A DNA stretch of 64,000 nucleotides from Asterias rubens (Eukaryota), in the NCBI RefSeq assembly GCF_902459465.1, contig NC_047064.1, positions 10,501,160 to 10,565,159 of the forward strand, in the 5' to 3' direction. Position numbers and translations under genes: made by a program. Positions within the stretch are counted from its first letter, which is position 1. Every line of letters begins with the position of its first letter. Shown here in pieces: positions 60,225 through 64,000 of this stretch. The notes under the pieces are model-generated. The model saw nothing but the letters and a program-made list of their open reading frames with translations, had not been told where the DNA came from and did not search any database.

Positions 60225-60365
60225 AAGGCGGAAAAGTTTCCGTATGGCGCCACCACTTTTTCATTCGAAATAAAATAATGTAGTATCTAATTTACCTGAT
60301 TGATATATCCCTTTTTGTAAAAATGAGTGAAAAAGTGGTGGCGCCATACGGAAAGTTATCCGGCC
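60225..60365. repeat. Inverted repeat (about 35-bp arms, about 60-bp loop)
   Basis: ggcggaaaagtttccgtatggcgccaccactttttcattcgaaataaaataatgtagtatctaattt .. gagtgaaaaagtggtggcgccatacggaaagttatccggcc. A third related arm lies at 60135..60175. Confidence 0.6.
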
Positions 60366-61267
60366 AATAAAATAATTTCAAAAACACTAACTAAGATTGG
60401 TCGAAGGGCCGAGTTGACTACTTGGGACCGAGTTCTGTATCTGTATCTCATTATGTATAGTTAGGCCGGCAATTTTTTTTCTATTTCTTCCTCCATGGTG
60501 GGACCGAGTTGACCGGTACGTACCCAATCCAATGCACCATTTAGAGGGTGACCAGCCAGCCACGGTTGCACACGCCGCACGCACACACTAAAATCTACTC
60601 TTGCCGCACATCATGGACTCCGTCCATTAATATCAGCTGCGGGGAGCTCCCACCACCATTCTCGCCCGTGACTTGTAAAGTTGTACTGACAGCATACACC
60701 ACTTGTTTGTAGAGTGATTGGAACTGATTAACCACACAGACTTGACGATGTTGGCAGATAGTGAAAATCATCCTTGAGAGTCTCAATCTTAGTGTTTAAA
60801 ATTGAGCAACAGCTGCTGCTCAAGTGAGAAAAAATATTGTATCTAAAGAAGTACGCGATGGTCAATACCGCCCTCTCACGGCCGATTTTGTCCCGAGTCC
60901 GTCGCGTTTCGAGCTGTGCGCTTGGGCCTATTATGGCGGGAATTTTGACCAAAGTATGAACACGCTGCAGCACAAAAGTGACGGAATTATTGCAAACAGA
61001 TCGCGTAAACAGATTGCAAACAGGATCGGTTCGTTTAAGATAAAATACTAGTAGTCAACCATAAATTAAAATATTGCAAATTCTGTTTGATTGGTGGCTC
61101 GACTCGACCACGGACCTTCATGGTTCGCTCCCATTATTTTTTAGCTTTCGATGCATAAAATATTATGCATGTCAAAAGGGACCATTGCCCAAGCTTTCCT
61201 AAATGGACCCCTCCGCAGTGTCACTTTTGCAACGTAAGGGCTTATGTATAATTATTTCTTTTTATAA

Positions 61268-61290
61268 AACCCTAACCCTAACCCTACCTT
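61268..61290. repeat. Short interstitial telomere-like repeat (CCCTAA)3
   Basis: aaaaccctaaccctaaccctacc. Confidence 0.5.
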
Positions 61291-61392
61291 TTGTTTTTGA
61301 TGCTGTGGATAAATGAACCTTGAACCTTGAACCCCCGCACACTGAAGGGTTGATAGCCTCAAACCCCGAGTCAGTGATACGTTATTACTTAC

Positions 61393-61522
61393 GTTTTAAT
61401 TGTAGCCAGATATGCAGACTGCTGAGTACAGTAGTCCTTGGCATCAGTCCACGTCATTGGTGTATTGGAATTGACTTGATAGCATTGTCCATTGAAGAAA
61501 TGCCAACCTTGTGCGCATGCAC
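61393..61522 (-). CDS. exon: CTLD2 N-terminal part
   Basis: G-ACAQGWHFFNGQCYQVNSNTPMTWTDAKDYCTQQSAYLATIK; acceptor ttgtttgtag|, donor AAAAC|gtaagt; phase 1 in, 2 out. Confidence 0.65.
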
Positions 61523-61785
61523 CTACAAACAAAATTAAACATTTTGGGCTACGTTTTTGTTTTATAAAACTTGAAGGTAGATTATATCATGTTGAAAAAC
61601 AAGAACAAGAAGGGCAAATCTATTTTACTAAACAACTTGGTCAACAGTTGGTAGTAGATAGCGCAATCATAATGTGTCGTTGGTTCAATTCTCTGAGACT
61701 CATTGTATTTGTTTTCAAATTTACCCAGTCAGTTTCCCTTGTTGGTTATTATACACATAATGAATGTTTATGAGTGCAATGGTGC

Positions 61786-61895
61786 GAATATGTTCATGAG
61801 TTGAAAGATGGAATGTTCTATTCAACGAGGCGGAGCCGAGTTGAATGGAACATTCCAGCTTTCAACGAATGAACATATTCGCACCATTGCACGAA
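61786..61895. repeat. 110-bp near-perfect palindrome
   Basis: tgcaatggtgcgaatatgttcatgagttgaaagatggaatgttctattcaacgaggcggagccgagttgaatggaacattccagctttcaacgaatgaacatattcgcaccattgca. Confidence 0.8.
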
Positions 61896-62085
61896 TGAAA
61901 AACATTCATTATTTGTTTTATATAACATCCAAGTAGAACTTTGTCATTTTGATTGAAAGAAACAACTTTCAAAACAAACAATTTCAACTGTAGAAGCCGA
62001 ATGCTAGTAATTTTACTATGCCTTCTTGCAGTAACACCTGCTGCGTTACCAAAGACACGCGCACGCAGTGATGTTTTTACTCAGC

Positions 62086-62200
62086 TTTTTCGTTCCATCC
62101 GAAAAGTACCATTGCACGCTGGCAGCGTGCCAGCGTGCAATGGTACTTTTCGGATGGAACGAAAAAGCACGGTGAGTGACTCAGCGTGCAATGGTACTTT
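62086..62200. repeat. 80-bp perfect palindrome plus a third partial arm
   Basis: ttcgttccatccgaaaagtaccattgcacgctggcagcgtgccagcgtgcaatggtacttttcggatggaacgaa, then ..cagcgtgcaatggtacttttatttgc. Confidence 0.8.
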
Positions 62201-62528
62201 TATTTGCTATCACGTGACGGACAATCCTCCAATCAAATGGCAAGGATCTGCTTGGGTGTTATATAAAACTTGATATAGAACATGATACGAGTTTCAGATT
62301 GAACATTGGCTCAGTAGAAATCATTCGTGTACTAGGCTTAGTCCCTATAAATAGGCATTATTTGGTTGTGTTAGCTATGGTATCCTCTTCTAATGAAGCA
62401 GTTCTTTGAAATCGGGTCTATGGTCCTATTTGTTGCCTTTCATCTGATTTGTAGAGATATAGACAAAGACGACTGCATGTGTACCTTATTTTGTATAGGT
62501 GTTTAAACTAGACTTAGTTACCACTAAC

Positions 62529-62632
62529 CTTCTGGAATAGCACACACGTATCTGCTCTTGTCCGTGCACTTTTGAGTGTACCAAGAACCGGTTGTCCTGA
62601 CCCTTGTGCAGTCGCCTTCCTTCCCATAGAAC
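62529..62632 (-). CDS. exon: CTLD1 C-terminal part
   Basis: Q-FYGKEGDCTRVRTTGSWYTQKCTDKSRYVCAIPE; acceptor ccgcatag|, donor AGAAG|gttagt; phase 2 in, 1 out. Confidence 0.6.
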
Positions 62633-63381
62633 CTATGCGGTAGTGAATTAAAAGTCATAGGTTATTTTCTTACGACTTGGTAAGGAATAATTCTTATACC
62701 CGTTTCATTATTGAAAAGGGAGAGACAGAAACTTGAAAACAACATAAGCCCTCCCTTTGCGAATTCTGTGACTATTCTATTCAGGCGGAAAAAACCCTTC
62801 ATGGTCAGAATTTTCCCTGTTGTACAGGCCTAATGTCAGAATTAAATTAATAAAATAAAATAAATGAGCAATTTTGCTTCAACAAAAAGATTCGCGCTTT
62901 GAGATAATGACTTTGGCGTTTTTGAAACTTTTTAGGGACCCAAACATCAAATGTCATTATTCAAACATAAATTCATGGCCGATTTGTATAATTGAATAAC
63001 TTGAATAACTTTTCGTTATCTTAAAAGGTTTTAAAAGATAATGCCTTTTCAAACTGAAAAACAACCATAAACTTTTACATAATACCACGGCATAAAATGT
63101 ATGCAACTTTAACAACTCTTTGTAACGGCTGAGGAATGGAGATAAGAAGGATTGCCGACATTACATAATTTTAGTGATTTTATATAATAGTATATCACTC
63201 ACGCTAGTTTAGTGTTTATAAGTAGAGTTTTGTTGTGCGATAATGTGGGCCAGCCTTAAATAAAAGCGTTTAACGTTTTCGAGTCTATGGAAATAGTTGT
63301 TCAAAATATTAATTAACATTAATTATGACTAGTATCAGCCAAACCTTTTAATCAATAATTTGATATCTTCGAAATACTTAC

Positions 63382-63479
63382 TGATTTGAAGGTTGATTTT
63401 TGTCCCATTTAGAGAAATCATTTGTTGCGTCAAATGCTGAATCGTCACTCCATTTATAAACGCCCTGTTTGTTACTTTT
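63382..63479 (-). CDS. exon: CTLD1 middle part (first exon recognisable in window)
   Basis: KSNKQGVYKWSDDSAFDATNDFSKWDKNQPSN; acceptor ttttttaacag|, donor AATCA|gtaagt; phase 0 in, 2 out. No N-terminal exon for this domain found in 63480..64000 (AT-rich, non-coding), so the gene continues upstream of the window. Confidence 0.55.
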
Positions 63480-64000
63480 CTGTTAAAAAAAAGGTAAGTT
63501 AAATTTTTGTTTTAATTGTCTGCAAATGTCTATTGGGATTATCAATACTTAAAAAAAAAATGATGCCTGTGAAAAATTGTCTGTCGACGTTGATAAAAAT
63601 AACACAAAAAAATATTGACTGGGCCTAAATTGTTTTCAAAAGACAAAACTACTGACAAAACAACTGATATTATTTTAAAATGACTTATTAAATTCAAATG
63701 TTAACTTATAACTTAGTCTGTAGCTTGAAAAACTCAGGCAACATGTAAAAAAAATAATTGCTTGTAGCTCAGCACTTTATTACTGGGCGGAGCCTCAGTA
63801 CATCAATCAATCATAGAACATTTATTTCAACATTGTTATGATAATACATAATACATACACCATTAAGTTAACACTATTATAACAACATATTTTAAAAGAC
63901 GAAATAATCATTTATAACAATATTAACTTAACGAAGCTTAGTTTAAACATTATTCACATAACAACATTGGGCAAAGGGTGAAGCAAAGCTTTTGTACCCG

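Larger units (their letters stand above)
1..64000 (-). other. Giant multi-CTLD (poly-C-type-lectin) gene, 46 exons seen in window, open at both ends
   Basis: 46 exons (listed separately) with AG acceptors, GT donors and mutually compatible intron phases concatenate to 6804 nt = 2268 codons without a stop. They encode 16 C-type lectin domains, 1 PAN domain and 2 hinge exons. The first exon in the window starts in phase 0 with no upstream partner; the last ends mid-domain. Confidence 0.7.

Overview
Eukaryotic genomic DNA: intron/exon structure, AT-rich (roughly 38% GC), saturated with SINE- and MITE-type repeats, no prokaryotic gene organisation. Probably an invertebrate deuterostome, but I cannot name the organism. 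Nothing convincing is encoded on the + strand except a truncated LINE reverse-transcriptase tail. The dominant feature is one very large minus-strand gene that occupies the whole 64 kb and is open at both window edges. I reconstructed 46 exons by hand. Each has a canonical AG acceptor (acceptor preceded by A for one exon) and all but two a GT donor resembling the consensus. The intron phases fit exon to exon without exception. The exons concatenate to 6804 nt, a stop-free reading frame of 2268 codons. The encoded protein is a chain of at least 16 C-type lectin domains (CTLDs), numbered D1 to D16 in transcription order from high to low coordinate. Two short Pro/Thr/Gly hinge exons and a single PAN/apple domain exon (44344..44589) are interposed. 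Each CTLD is split over 2 to 4 exons, and domain boundaries often fall inside exons. A block of four CTLDs (exons at 18792..30675) is paralogous, exon by exon and phase by phase, to the following block (5928..17318). This indicates an intragenic tandem segmental duplication of about 11.5 kb. Predicted sugar-binding motifs are heterogeneous: EPN, QPD, EPD, EPS and non-canonical. Introns are filled with at least ten interspersed repeat families: two tRNA-headed SINE families sharing a 3' tail, further tRNA-like SINEs, several foldback/MITE families with recognisable TIRs, a hAT-like TIR element and a LINE fragment. There are also local tandem structures. The most notable are a 16-unit 56-bp minisatellite and a 3 to 4 unit repeat, which both amplify the 3' end plus splice donor of exons belonging to the same CTLD (D9). 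All coordinates are hand-derived and may be off by 1 to 3 nt. Domain assignments rest on motif recognition (CTLD WIGL / WxDG / EPN-QPD / WND / Cys framework; PAN Cys pattern), not on database searches.
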